In this document: positions 39,561 to 48,800 of the stretch, in pieces | Position numbering within the stretch: the first letter of the stretch is position 1 | Layout of the letters: the number at the start of each line of letters is the position of its first letter | From: Myxococcota bacterium | GTDB taxonomy: Bacteria > Myxococcota_A > UBA9160 > PR03 | Assembly (NCBI GenBank): GCA_041611735.1 | Contig: JBFIML010000032.1 | Coordinates: 1 to 49,352, forward strand | DNA length: 49,352 bases | Reading direction: 5' to 3' | Program-made: the position numbers and the translations under genes | The notes under the pieces: model-generated | Databases searched by the model: none | What the model was told of the DNA's origin: nothing | What the model saw: the letters and a program-made list of their open reading frames with translations, nothing else

Positions 39561-40372
39561 GCGGCCCCGCGCCGTCGGAGCCGGTAGCCGAGCTGCCGGG
39601 TGAGGGTCTGCCAGGGCCGCTCCCGCCGGCCCTCGACCGCCACCGGGCAGCGGGGGTCGTCCAGGGCCGCCAGCAGCGACGCGGCGGGTCGCGCGGAATC
39701 GAAGCAGGCCCGCAACGCGAAGCGATAGCGGGCCAGGTCGTCCTCGGCGCCGGCGCGGGGCAGCGGATCGCTTCCCGCCAGGACGCGCGGGCCGGCGCGG
39801 AAGGCGGCGGGCTGCGGCCAGGGCCAGCAGCGCGCGGCGATGTCGCCCAGCAGGAAGCGCGGCTCGCACCGGAGCACCGGGTCCGCCACGAGGCGCGCCA
39901 CCTCCCGGCCCCGGGACCCCAGCCACTTGCCCACGCCCCAGGGCAGCACCGCGGCGGCTCCCTCCGCGAGGATGCGGCGCACGAGCTCCCGGGCCGGGTG
40001 CTCCCGGTCCCCGAGGCGCGTGAGCGGCCCCTCGGGCTCCGTGCCCAGGGCGAGAACCTCGATCCCCTCACGCGAGACGATCTGGCGGCCCGCCACCAGG
40101 AAGACCCGGGCCGCGGCCGCGCCCCGGCGCAGGAGGCCCAGGCTACGCGTCTCGGCCGTCGCCCGGACCGCGCCAACGGGGTCGCCGGAGGTCGCACTGC
40201 CTGCCGCCCGGGCGCGCAGCGCACCGAAGGCGTCGATGCCGGCACACTCGGCCAGCAGCAGCAGCAGGGGGCCGTCGAGCCTGTCCGCCCGGGCCAGGGC
40301 GGCGGCACAGAAGCGCTCGGGGTCGAACTCCGGATGCAGATGCACGTGGGCATCGCCGTGGATCGTCACCAT
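39557..40372 (-). CDS. PHP-like metal-dependent hydrolase, hypothetical
   Basis: DAHVHLH at the N-terminus, AGRQIVSREGIEVL, LPWGVGKW, LAGSDP. Start could be 40393. Confidence 0.65.
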   Translation of the reverse strand: MVTIHGDAHVHLHPEFDPERFCAAALARADRLDGPLLLLLAECAGIDAFGALRARAAGSATSGDPVGAVRATAETRSLGLLRRGAAAARVFLVAGRQIVSREGIEVLALGTEPEGPLTRLGDREHPARELVRRILAEGAAAVLPWGVGKWLGSRGREVARLVADPVLRCEPRFLLGDIAARCWPWPQPAAFRAGPRVLAGSDPLPRAGAEDDLARYRFALRACFDSARPAASLLAALDDPRCPVAVEGRRERPWQTLTRQLGYRLRRRGAA

Positions 40373-40543
40373 TTCCGACGCGTCGGGCGACACGTCTCCT
40401 CCGCCCGGGGCGCCCCACCGGGCGGGGGGCGCCGGCGCAGGATACGCCCGGATCCCAGGCGAGTCCGCTCGCCCCCCGGGCGAGTCCCCCTTCGGCAGCG
40501 GTGCGAGCGGCTATCCTGCCGACCCCTGCGTGCGCGGAGTGGC

Positions 40544-42310
40544 ATGGGAGCGATCTTCGGCATTCTCGGCGAGGCCGGTCCGGGCGAGCTCGACGCCATG
40601 GGCCGCCGCCTCGCCCACCGCGGACCCGGCGCCGGCGCGTGGTCGCCGGCACCGGCGTGCCGCTTCGGCCAGCGCGGCGGCGCTTGCTCGCCGGAGCTGC
40701 CGCTGGCCGTGGACGGCCGCATCGACAACCCGCAGGAGGTCGCTGCGCTGCTCGGCGCGGACGCCCCGTCGGAGCCCGCCGGCGACCCCCAGCTCCTGCT
40801 CTGGCGGCTCTTCCAGCGGCACGGCCCCCAGGCCGCGCGCCACCTGGACGGCCAGTTCGCCATCGCCTTCTGGGACGCCGGGAGCGGGCGCCTCGTCCTG
40901 GTGCGCGATCGCTACGGGGCGCGGCCCCTGTACCTCGTGCACAGCGCCGGGCGGATCGCCTTCGCCTCGGAGTACAAGGCGCTCCTGGCCCTGGAGGACG
41001 TGATCGCCGCACCCAACCCGAGGGCGATCCGCCACGTCCAGTGCACGCGCTACCCGATGGCCGACGAGACGCTCCTGGCGGGGGTGGTGCCCGTGGTGCG
41101 GGGGGCCTGGACCGCGCTCCACCCGAGGGATGCCGCCCGGATCTCCCGCCACGCGGTGCCGCCGCGGGTGGCGATCGTCCCGCGCAGCGAGGCCGGCCAC
41201 GTGGCGGCCCTCCGGGAGGCATTCCTGGCGGCCCTGCGCCGGCAGGCGGCTCCCTTCGACACCCTGGGCATCCAGCTCTCCGGCGGGCTCGACTCGGCCC
41301 TGGTGCTGGGCGGACTGCGCAGCGTACGGCCCGACGCCACCCTGCACAGCTTCACCGCGGGGCACGGCAGCGACGACCCGGAGATCCAGGCTGCCGCGGC
41401 CCTGGCAGATCACTTCGGGACCCTGCACCACCCGCTGGTGCTCGAGCCCGAGGAGATCCCGGCGCTGCTCCCGACCACCGTGTGGCACATGGAAGAGCCC
41501 TTCGGCCGCGAGGACCAGGTCTACCTGCTGGTCCTGGCACGGGAGGCGGCGAAGCACGTGCGCGTGCTCCAGTCGGGCTATGCCGCCGACATGAGCCTCG
41601 GTGGCATGCCGCGTCACCGCCTGGCGCGCCTGGCCATGCAGGTCCCGGTCCTGCGCCGGCCCCTGGCCGAGTTCTACCGCCACACCCAGGTGGGGCTCCC
41701 GCCGCGGGGCCTCCTGGGCCGGGCGCTGGTGAGCGCCTACTTCCGCGGCCCCGGGCGTCGCTTCCCGCCGCCCCGGGTGATGGGCACGGACTACGAGCCC
41801 GAGAGCGACCCGCTCCACCGGACCGGGAGCGAGCCCTTCAGCGAGTTCCTGGCCCGGGGGCTCGACGACGTGGGCTGGGAGCAGCTCGAGACGCTGCACG
41901 TGGCCTGCGGCCTCGAGTTCAATGCGCCGTTCCTGTCCCGGGAGTTCGTGGACTGCACGCTCTCGATCCCCGACCGCCTCAAGATCCGCCGCGGCGTCCA
42001 GAAGTGGGCGTTGCGGGAGGCCGGGCGCGGGCTCGTCCCGGACGAGGTGCTGCGCCGCGGCAAGACCCTCCAGCGCCTGAAGCACGACCAGCGCTTCAGC
42101 GACGTCCTCGACGCCCTGGCCGAGGATCTGCTGGCGCCGGCAGCCTTGCGCGCGCGCGGCCTCTTCGATCCCGCGCAGATCGAGGGCTTGCGGCGCCGCC
42201 CGGCGGGCCGACCGGTTCCCTCGGAGCAGGCCTACCGGCTGTGGACGCTGATCGAGACCGAGCTCTGGTGCCGCCTCTTCCTGGACGGCCGCGGGCGTCC
42301 CCCGGCATGA
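40544..42310 (+). CDS. Asparagine synthetase B-like ATP-dependent amide ligase with a degenerate glutaminase domain
   Basis: GGAG RBS. MGAIFGILG (no Cys2), HRGP, RDRYGARPLY, FASEYKAL, PP-loop LSGGLDS, APFL, KWALREA. Confidence 0.85.
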   Translation: MGAIFGILGEAGPGELDAMGRRLAHRGPGAGAWSPAPACRFGQRGGACSPELPLAVDGRIDNPQEVAALLGADAPSEPAGDPQLLLWRLFQRHGPQAARHLDGQFAIAFWDAGSGRLVLVRDRYGARPLYLVHSAGRIAFASEYKALLALEDVIAAPNPRAIRHVQCTRYPMADETLLAGVVPVVRGAWTALHPRDAARISRHAVPPRVAIVPRSEAGHVAALREAFLAALRRQAAPFDTLGIQLSGGLDSALVLGGLRSVRPDATLHSFTAGHGSDDPEIQAAAALADHFGTLHHPLVLEPEEIPALLPTTVWHMEEPFGREDQVYLLVLAREAAKHVRVLQSGYAADMSLGGMPRHRLARLAMQVPVLRRPLAEFYRHTQVGLPPRGLLGRALVSAYFRGPGRRFPPPRVMGTDYEPESDPLHRTGSEPFSEFLARGLDDVGWEQLETLHVACGLEFNAPFLSREFVDCTLSIPDRLKIRRGVQKWALREAGRGLVPDEVLRRGKTLQRLKHDQRFSDVLDALAEDLLAPAALRARGLFDPAQIEGLRRRPAGRPVPSEQAYRLWTLIETELWCRLFLDGRGRPPA

Positions 42311-43386
42311 GCCCCGCGGGCCCGCCGCTGCGCATCAGCTTCTACGGCGACGTGTGCCTGCACGGGCTCGATCCGGAGCGCTACGCCATCGACCCGGAGC
42401 TCCGGGCCCTGGCCCGGGGCTCCACCCTCAACGTGGCCAACCTGGAGGGACCCCTCACCGAGGCCGCGGACCCGATGTCGTGGAAGGCGGTCCACCTGCG
42501 GGGCGCTCCGGTGGCAAGCCCGATCCTCGAGCACTTCGACGTCTTCTCCCTGGCCAACAACCACATCCTCGACTACCGCGAGGCCGGCCTGCGGGACACG
42601 ATGCGGCTGCTGGAGCGCCTGGGCAAGCACCACTTCGGAGCGGGCCTCGACCGCCGCTCGGCGCTGGAGCCCCGGGTGGTGGCGGCCAACGGCCTGAGCG
42701 TCGCGTTCCTGGGCTTCACGCGCTGGCAGTGCGCCGGGCGTCGCTCCGCCGGGACGGCCCCGGACCGGGCGCGCCCGCTCCTGCGCCGGGTGCGCCGCCT
42801 GCGCGAGGCCGGCCACTTCGTGGTCTGCTACCCGCACTGGAACTACGAGTACCTGGACGTGCCGGCGCCGGTCAACCGGAGGCTCGGGCACCGCCTGGTG
42901 GAGGCCGGGGCGGACCTCGTGGTGGGATCCCACCCGCACGTGCTCCAGGGCCTGGAGCGCCACCAGGGCCGCTGGATCTGCCACAGCCTCGGCAACTTCG
43001 TCTTCGACTCGGAGATGTTCTCGGAGGCCGAGCGCGGGGCGGGCATCCACACGAGCGTCGTCCTCACCGCCACGGTGGATGCCAACCGGCAGGTGGAGAT
43101 CGAGCTCACCCCGGTGCACACCGATCACCAGGGGGTGACCCTGCTGAAGGGCGAGGCCGGGGCCCGGGTGCTGGCGCACGTGCGGGAGCTCTCGGACGTC
43201 CTGGCGGACGAGCGCGAGGCGAGCCGGCGCTTCTACCGCGGGGCGAACCAGGGGGTGGGGAAGGCCGATCAGGGCATGGCCGCTGAGCTGCGGGAGCAGG
43301 GGCTCCGGTATCTGCTCTCGCGGCTTCACCGGGTGCGGGCCCAGGACCTGAAGATCAAGCTGCATGGGCTCCTGGGTCGGAGCTGA
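42307..43386 (+). CDS. CapA/PGA_cap family metallophosphoesterase-fold protein
   Basis: ATGA overlap; YGDV, NLEGPL, ANNHILDY, HWNYE, GSHPHVLQ, HSLGNFVFD. Confidence 0.9.
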   Translation: MSPAGPPLRISFYGDVCLHGLDPERYAIDPELRALARGSTLNVANLEGPLTEAADPMSWKAVHLRGAPVASPILEHFDVFSLANNHILDYREAGLRDTMRLLERLGKHHFGAGLDRRSALEPRVVAANGLSVAFLGFTRWQCAGRRSAGTAPDRARPLLRRVRRLREAGHFVVCYPHWNYEYLDVPAPVNRRLGHRLVEAGADLVVGSHPHVLQGLERHQGRWICHSLGNFVFDSEMFSEAERGAGIHTSVVLTATVDANRQVEIELTPVHTDHQGVTLLKGEAGARVLAHVRELSDVLADEREASRRFYRGANQGVGKADQGMAAELREQGLRYLLSRLHRVRAQDLKIKLHGLLGRS

Positions 43387-43422
43387 CGCCGGGCGCGCGC
43401 AGCCCCCGGGAGCCGCGCCAGC

Positions 43423-44706
43423 ATGGGAGCCGCCGCCCGGTTGCGCGTGCTGCTCCTCTCGCCCTCCAATCAGGCGGCGGCCTTCTACGGCTTCACCGGC
43501 GTGGGCTTCGCGGGCTCGAACCTGATCCTCGCCAAGACGCTTCCCATCCTCGAGTACGCGACGCTCTCCCTGATCGTCTCGATCTTCTTCCTGGCCGTGC
43601 CCCTGGCGCCCCTCGGCGCCAACGGCGTGATCAACCGCCATCTCCTCCGGCCCGGGCGCCCGCTCCTGCTGCGCGGGGTCGCCACGTCGGTCCTGGTGAC
43701 GGCGCTGACCCTGGCGGCGAGCGCCGCCCTCTACGACCTGCGCGGCGCCACCCTGGCCCTGCTGGCTCCGGGGCTCGTGGCCGGCGGGATCACGATGGTG
43801 ACCGCGGCCTGCTACCAGCGCCTGCAGCGCTTCCTCCCCGCGCTGCTGCTCGAGCAGGCCGCCAATGTGCTCCTGATCGGCGCGGCGCTCTGGACGCTGG
43901 TGCCGGCCCTGCGGAGCCTCTGGCTCCCGCTCTGGGTGATCGTGGTGGGGCACGCCGTGGCGGCGGCCTGGAGCTGGCGGGACCTCCTGGGGAGCAGCGA
44001 CGTGGAGGCGGCCGGCGCCGAGAAGGTGGGCTTCCCGTGGCGGGAGTCGCTCTACTTCGCCGGGGTGAGCGGCTCGAGCCTGCTCCTGATCCAGCTGGAG
44101 CGGCTGCTGCTGCCGCGGGTCCTCTCCCTGGAGGAGCTGGCGCGCTTCAGCGTCCTGGCCGCGGTGACGCTGGCGCCCTACCGCATGCTCCAGATGGGGT
44201 TCTCCTTCTCGCTGCTGCCGCGCATGCGCGCCGTCGAGTCCGTCCGGGGGAGACGGCGCCTGCTGGCGCGCGAATCGGTGAGCCTGGTCCTGCTCCTCGG
44301 GGTGGGGAGCGTCCTCGTGCTGTGGCTCGCTCCGCCTCTGCTGGACTGGCTCTTCGCCGAGCAGTTCCGCTTCGAACGGAGTCTCATCCTGGCGGCGGTC
44401 TTCGCGGGCGTGACGCGCGCCGTGGCGGGCCTGGCCGGCGGTGTGGCGACGGCGCTCTGCAGCGCCCGGCAGCTGGCCGTGCTCAACGTCTCGGTCTGGC
44501 TCTCGGTGGGGGTGGCGGTGGTGGGAGGCGGCCTGGGAGCGCGCTGGGGCCTCGCGGGCGTGATCTACGGCGTCGCGGCGGGCTGGATCACGCTCTCGGC
44601 CTCCTACGCCATCGCCGCGGCTCCCCATCTGCGCCGATCTGTCTTAGCCTCAGAAGAGCGTCCCCCTGGTCCCATGAGCGAAGATTCCGGAGCGGAGAAC
44701 CCATGA
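43423..44706 (+). CDS. Wzx-like polysaccharide export membrane protein
   Basis: About 12 TM segments; LILAKTLPILEYA, QLERLLLPRVL..ELARFS, LLPRM. Confidence 0.7.
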   Translation: MGAAARLRVLLLSPSNQAAAFYGFTGVGFAGSNLILAKTLPILEYATLSLIVSIFFLAVPLAPLGANGVINRHLLRPGRPLLLRGVATSVLVTALTLAASAALYDLRGATLALLAPGLVAGGITMVTAACYQRLQRFLPALLLEQAANVLLIGAALWTLVPALRSLWLPLWVIVVGHAVAAAWSWRDLLGSSDVEAAGAEKVGFPWRESLYFAGVSGSSLLLIQLERLLLPRVLSLEELARFSVLAAVTLAPYRMLQMGFSFSLLPRMRAVESVRGRRRLLARESVSLVLLLGVGSVLVLWLAPPLLDWLFAEQFRFERSLILAAVFAGVTRAVAGLAGGVATALCSARQLAVLNVSVWLSVGVAVVGGGLGARWGLAGVIYGVAAGWITLSASYAIAAAPHLRRSVLASEERPPGPMSEDSGAENP

Positions 44707-44716
44707 GGGAACGCGG

Positions 44717-46489
44717 ATGAAGCTGCTGGGGCTCGGCACCGGCGGGGACAGCGGCGCCGCCCTGATCGAGGACGGCCGCATCCGGGCCGCCGTGAACGAG
44801 GAGCGGCTGTGCCGCTGGAAGCTCGTGGAGGGCTTTCCGTGGGGGTCGATCCCCGAGGTGCTGCGCCTCGCGGGCGCGCGCGTGGACGAGCTCGATCGGG
44901 TGATGGTGGCTGCCACCCGGGACCTGCTCAAGGAGGAGCTCGAGCCCTTCGAGGGCTGGTTCCAGCACCACCCCCGCGGCCTGGCCGGCGGCGTGAAGCG
45001 CATGGCCGGGAAGCTCTCCCGCTATCGAAACCGGCTCCCCATCCTGGAGCGAAGCTACTACGCGCTGCTGGCGCCGGCCTTCGCCCGCCGCCGGCGCCGG
45101 GTGGTGGAGATCCTGCGCGAGAAGTTCGGGGTGCGCTGCCCGATCCAGTTCGTGGACCACCACCTCTGCCACGTGACCTCCGCCTACTTCACCAGCGGCT
45201 TCGACGACGCCCTGGTGATCTCCGCGGACGGGGGCGGCGACGGCAGGAGCTCGCTCGTCTACGCGGTGCGCGACGGCCGCTGGACCCAGCTCTCCGAGGT
45301 CTCCGCCTACGACTCCCTCGGCAACTACTACGCCTACGTGACGCACCTGTGCGGCTTCAAGGCCATGCGCCACGAGGGCAAGATCACCGGGCTCGCGGCC
45401 TACGGAGAGCCCCGCTACCGGGATCTCCTGCGGGAGTTCGTGGAGGAGGAGGGCGGCCGCTTCCAGAACCGGGGGCAGGTGGTCTTCCGAGAGGCCATCG
45501 AGGCCATCGCCAGGCGCCTCCCGCCGGGCTGGAAGCGCGAGGACATGGCGGCCAGCATCCAGATCCACTTCGAGGACCTGATGCGCCGCTACGTGCGCCA
45601 CTGGGCCCAGCAGTCCGGCCTCGGGGACGTGGCCCTGGCCGGGGGGATCGTGGCCAACGTGCGGGTCAACCAGGAGATCCACGAGCTCCCGGAGGTGCGC
45701 CGCATGTTCGTGCACCCGCACATGGGCGACGGCGGCCTGGCGGCGGGAGCGGCCCTGGCGGCCTGCGTCCCGGGGGTGACGCCGGAGACCATGCGCCGCG
45801 ACCCGGAGCCGCTGCGCGACGTCTACCTGGGCGGCGCCTTCAGCGACGCCGAGGCGGAGGCCGCCCTGCGCCGGGCCGGCTGCCCGCCCCTGCCCCTGGA
45901 CGGCCCCCTGGAGGAGGAGGTGGCGGAGCTCCTGACCCAGGGCTGTGTGGTGGCCCGCGCCGACGGGCGCATGGAGTACGGGCCCCGGGCCCTGGGCAAC
46001 CGCTCGATCCTCTACCAGCCCACGGACGCCAGCGTGAACGACTGGCTCAACAAGAATCTCAAGCGTACGGAGTTCATGCCCTTCGCCCCGTCGGCCCTGT
46101 GGGAGGAGCGCGAGCGCCTGTTCGAGCACGTGGAGGGGGCCGAGCATCCGGCCGAGTTCATGACCATCACCTTCGACTGCACGCCCTGGATGCGCGAGCA
46201 CATGAAGGGCGTCGTGCATCTGGACGGCACGGCCCGCCCGCACCTCGTGCGCAGCGACCGCAATCCGGGCTTCCATCGCATCATCGAGGCCTTCTACCGG
46301 CGCACCGGGCTCCCGGCCATCATCAACACCAGCTTCAACATGCACGAGGAGCCCATCGTCTACTCGGCCGAGAGCTGCGTGCAGGCCTTCCTGGAAGGCA
46401 ACCTCGACTACCTGGTCCTGGGCCGCCACCTGGTGGCCCACCCGAGTGGGCCGAGCCACGCCCGCAAGCCGGTCGCGCGGGTGGGCTGA
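44717..46489 (+). CDS. O-carbamoyltransferase (NodU/CmcH family)
   Basis: NEERL, DHHLCH, DGGGD, EGKITGLAAYG, GRMEYGPRALGNRS, FMPFAP, HLDGTARP, NTSFNMHEEPIV. Confidence 0.93.
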   Translation: MKLLGLGTGGDSGAALIEDGRIRAAVNEERLCRWKLVEGFPWGSIPEVLRLAGARVDELDRVMVAATRDLLKEELEPFEGWFQHHPRGLAGGVKRMAGKLSRYRNRLPILERSYYALLAPAFARRRRRVVEILREKFGVRCPIQFVDHHLCHVTSAYFTSGFDDALVISADGGGDGRSSLVYAVRDGRWTQLSEVSAYDSLGNYYAYVTHLCGFKAMRHEGKITGLAAYGEPRYRDLLREFVEEEGGRFQNRGQVVFREAIEAIARRLPPGWKREDMAASIQIHFEDLMRRYVRHWAQQSGLGDVALAGGIVANVRVNQEIHELPEVRRMFVHPHMGDGGLAAGAALAACVPGVTPETMRRDPEPLRDVYLGGAFSDAEAEAALRRAGCPPLPLDGPLEEEVAELLTQGCVVARADGRMEYGPRALGNRSILYQPTDASVNDWLNKNLKRTEFMPFAPSALWEERERLFEHVEGAEHPAEFMTITFDCTPWMREHMKGVVHLDGTARPHLVRSDRNPGFHRIIEAFYRRTGLPAIINTSFNMHEEPIVYSAESCVQAFLEGNLDYLVLGRHLVAHPSGPSHARKPVARVG

Positions 46490-46549
46490 GCCCGCCGCCG
46501 GGGCGGCGCTCGTCCCCGCTGCCGTGCGAAGCGGCTGCTACCTTGCGGC

Positions 46550-47104
46550 GTGGCCGAGATGACGCTGCGGAAGCTGCTGGTTTCGCTGTTCATCAGCGCC
46601 GTCCTGGGGCTCCAGCTCCTGAGCCAGGTTCTCACCACCGGAGGCCGGCTGTGGCCCTTCATGGACTATCCCATGTACTCCTACTCCCAGCCGGTGGGCG
46701 CCCGCTTCTCCTTCGAGGAGCTGCGCGTCCTCTCGCGAACTACGGGCCCGGACGGTCGTCCGGTCTCGTTCGAGGATCTGGGCGTGCGGGCGTTCCGGTT
46801 CGTGGACTTGCTGAAGCAGGCGAGCCGCTTCGAGAACCAATCCTCCCACGCGCCGGGTGAGGACGGCGCCGCCCGGCTGCTCAGCCAGCTGATTTCCTCG
46901 AAGCTGGGGCCCTCCTATCACACGGCCCAGATCTGGGCCCGCCGCTTCGAGATCGGGCCGGCGGGGCTCGTGAACCGGGAGGCGCCTTGGGAGCAGGTGC
47001 GGGAGTGGAGCCTGCGCCAGGACCCGAGTGAGGGTGACGCGCCGAAGGGGCTCGAGCCGAGGCCCGCGGCGCCGGGCGAGCGAGCAGGGAGCGGCTCCTC
47101 GTGA
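46550..47104 (+). CDS. Hypothetical membrane-anchored protein (WPFxxYPMYS motif), partner of the HTTM protein
   Basis: A single N-terminal TM followed by LWPFMDYPMYS; its stop overlaps the next start (GTGA). Confidence 0.7.
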   Translation: MAEMTLRKLLVSLFISAVLGLQLLSQVLTTGGRLWPFMDYPMYSYSQPVGARFSFEELRVLSRTTGPDGRPVSFEDLGVRAFRFVDLLKQASRFENQSSHAPGEDGAARLLSQLISSKLGPSYHTAQIWARRFEIGPAGLVNREAPWEQVREWSLRQDPSEGDAPKGLEPRPAAPGERAGSGSS

Positions 47105-48750
47105 GCAGCTCGAGCCGGACGCCGAGCGGACACCAGGCCGGCGGGAAGCGCCGGGAGTACTGGTTCCTCTTCCTGGTGCTCGGCTCCATCCTCGCGTGGC
47201 TCGTCTTCGCCACGCTGATCTTCCCGAAGATGATCGAGATCGCCTACAGCGGAGAGGGGTTCGCCTGGCTGAGCCGCCGGATGGCCGGGCGAGGCAACAC
47301 CCCCCTCGAGGAGTACCTGGCGGACGGGCACCGCGTCAGCCTGCGGGTCCTGGGCCTTTCTGCGCCGATCCTCGCCCTGGCCCTGCTCAACCTCGTGCGC
47401 GGCTCGACGCTCCACGCCCATTGGTTCAAGCCCGCTCCGCTCCGGGACCTGGCGATCGCCCGGATCGTGATCGTGGGCATGCAGCTCGCGCTTCTGCTCT
47501 ACCCCGGAGGCGCCGGCGCCTGCGTCGGATGCAGCCTCGAGCAGCAGCTGTGGCTCAGCCAGGCCGATGCGAGCCTGTTCCAACCGATCCCCGCCCTCGC
47601 CGTGCTGCTCGGGCCTCTCGGATGGGGAGTGCGTCCGGAGCCCATGTTCCTGGCGGCCGTCTGGTTGTTTGCCGTCCTCTCGGGAGTTGCCGCCCTGATC
47701 GGATTCTTCGGCCGGCCGGCCACCCTGGGTCTGGCACTGGCGAGCACCCTCCTGGTCGCCCACTCCTACTCCTACGGCGAGCACCATCACCCCGAGGGCC
47801 TGATCACGGTGGCGCTCTGGGCCCTGGCCTTCTCCCCGAGCAACCGCGCGTTGTCCCTGGATGCGATCGCCCTGCGCGTGCGGGCTGCGGCGGAGGCGCG
47901 GCATTTCGAGGCAGGCCGAATCCCCCAGCAGGATGAGTACGCCCGCTGGCCGCTCCGGTTGATGCAATGGATGCTCGCCTTCACCTACCTGGACGCCGGC
48001 CTCAGCAAACTGCTGAACGGCGGCCTCGCCTGGTTCGAGGGCTCGACGTTCGCCTTCTATCTCGCGCACGACGGGATCCGCGGCGACCTGCCCCTGGGCC
48101 TCTGGCTCTCACAGCACACCTCCCTGCTGCCGCCCCTGGCGGTGGGCTCCGCCGTCTTCGAGCTCGGCTTCCCGCTGGCCGTGCTCGTGCCCGTGCTGGC
48201 CCCCGCCTTCGTCGCCGGCGGTGTGGGCCTCCATACGGGCATCTATGCCGCCATGGGAGCTCCGTTCTTCCAGCACATGGCGCTGTACGTCGTCTTCCTC
48301 GAGCCGCTCCGAGCCACGTACCGACGCTTCGTGCCAGAACCTGCCAAGCGGCAGAAGATGAAGCTGATCTTCGACGGCCATTGCCTGCTCTGCATCCGCA
48401 GCGTGGCGGTCCTCGAAGTGCTCGATCCCGGCAACCGGCTCGAGTTCGTGGACCTGGAGGGCGACTGGGCGGCCGTGGGCGCCTCGTTGCCCGTCACGCA
48501 AGAGGACGCCCGCCATGCCATGCACGTGGTCCTGCCCGGGGATCAGGTGGCGTCCGGATTCTTCGCCTTCCGCAGCCTCGCCAGGACGCTCCCGCTCCTC
48601 TGGCCGCTTCTTCCCGTGCTCCACGCTCCGGGCGCGGCCCGGGTCGGCCCTTGGATCTACGCGCACGTGGCCGGGCGGCGACGGCGAGTCCGCTGCGCCT
48701 CCGGTGCCTGCGGGATCGGGCCGGAGCTCGAGGAAGGCGCGGGCCGCTGA
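47101..48750 (+). CDS. HTTM-domain membrane protein fused to a DCC1-like (DUF393) thiol-disulfide oxidoreductase domain
   Basis: LAIARI, SLDA, WPLRLMQW, YLDAGLSKL, FELGFP and LHTGI (HTTM); then LIFDGHCLLC, SGFFAF and YAHVA (DCC). Confidence 0.82.
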   Translation: MSSSSRTPSGHQAGGKRREYWFLFLVLGSILAWLVFATLIFPKMIEIAYSGEGFAWLSRRMAGRGNTPLEEYLADGHRVSLRVLGLSAPILALALLNLVRGSTLHAHWFKPAPLRDLAIARIVIVGMQLALLLYPGGAGACVGCSLEQQLWLSQADASLFQPIPALAVLLGPLGWGVRPEPMFLAAVWLFAVLSGVAALIGFFGRPATLGLALASTLLVAHSYSYGEHHHPEGLITVALWALAFSPSNRALSLDAIALRVRAAAEARHFEAGRIPQQDEYARWPLRLMQWMLAFTYLDAGLSKLLNGGLAWFEGSTFAFYLAHDGIRGDLPLGLWLSQHTSLLPPLAVGSAVFELGFPLAVLVPVLAPAFVAGGVGLHTGIYAAMGAPFFQHMALYVVFLEPLRATYRRFVPEPAKRQKMKLIFDGHCLLCIRSVAVLEVLDPGNRLEFVDLEGDWAAVGASLPVTQEDARHAMHVVLPGDQVASGFFAFRSLARTLPLLWPLLPVLHAPGAARVGPWIYAHVAGRRRRVRCASGACGIGPELEEGAGR

Positions 48751-48800
48751 GGTACGCCTTCCAAGGCGGGTCGCCCATCCGGCCGCCACGGGGCGCGCCG

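Noticed and set aside
40544-42310. Lasso peptide cyclase cluster
   Set aside because: No B1/B2 (RRE/transglutaminase-like) genes or precursor peptide nearby; the context is polysaccharide-related.
42307-43386. Poly-gamma-glutamate synthesis operon
   Set aside because: CapA is present alone; no CapB/CapC homologues are in the window.
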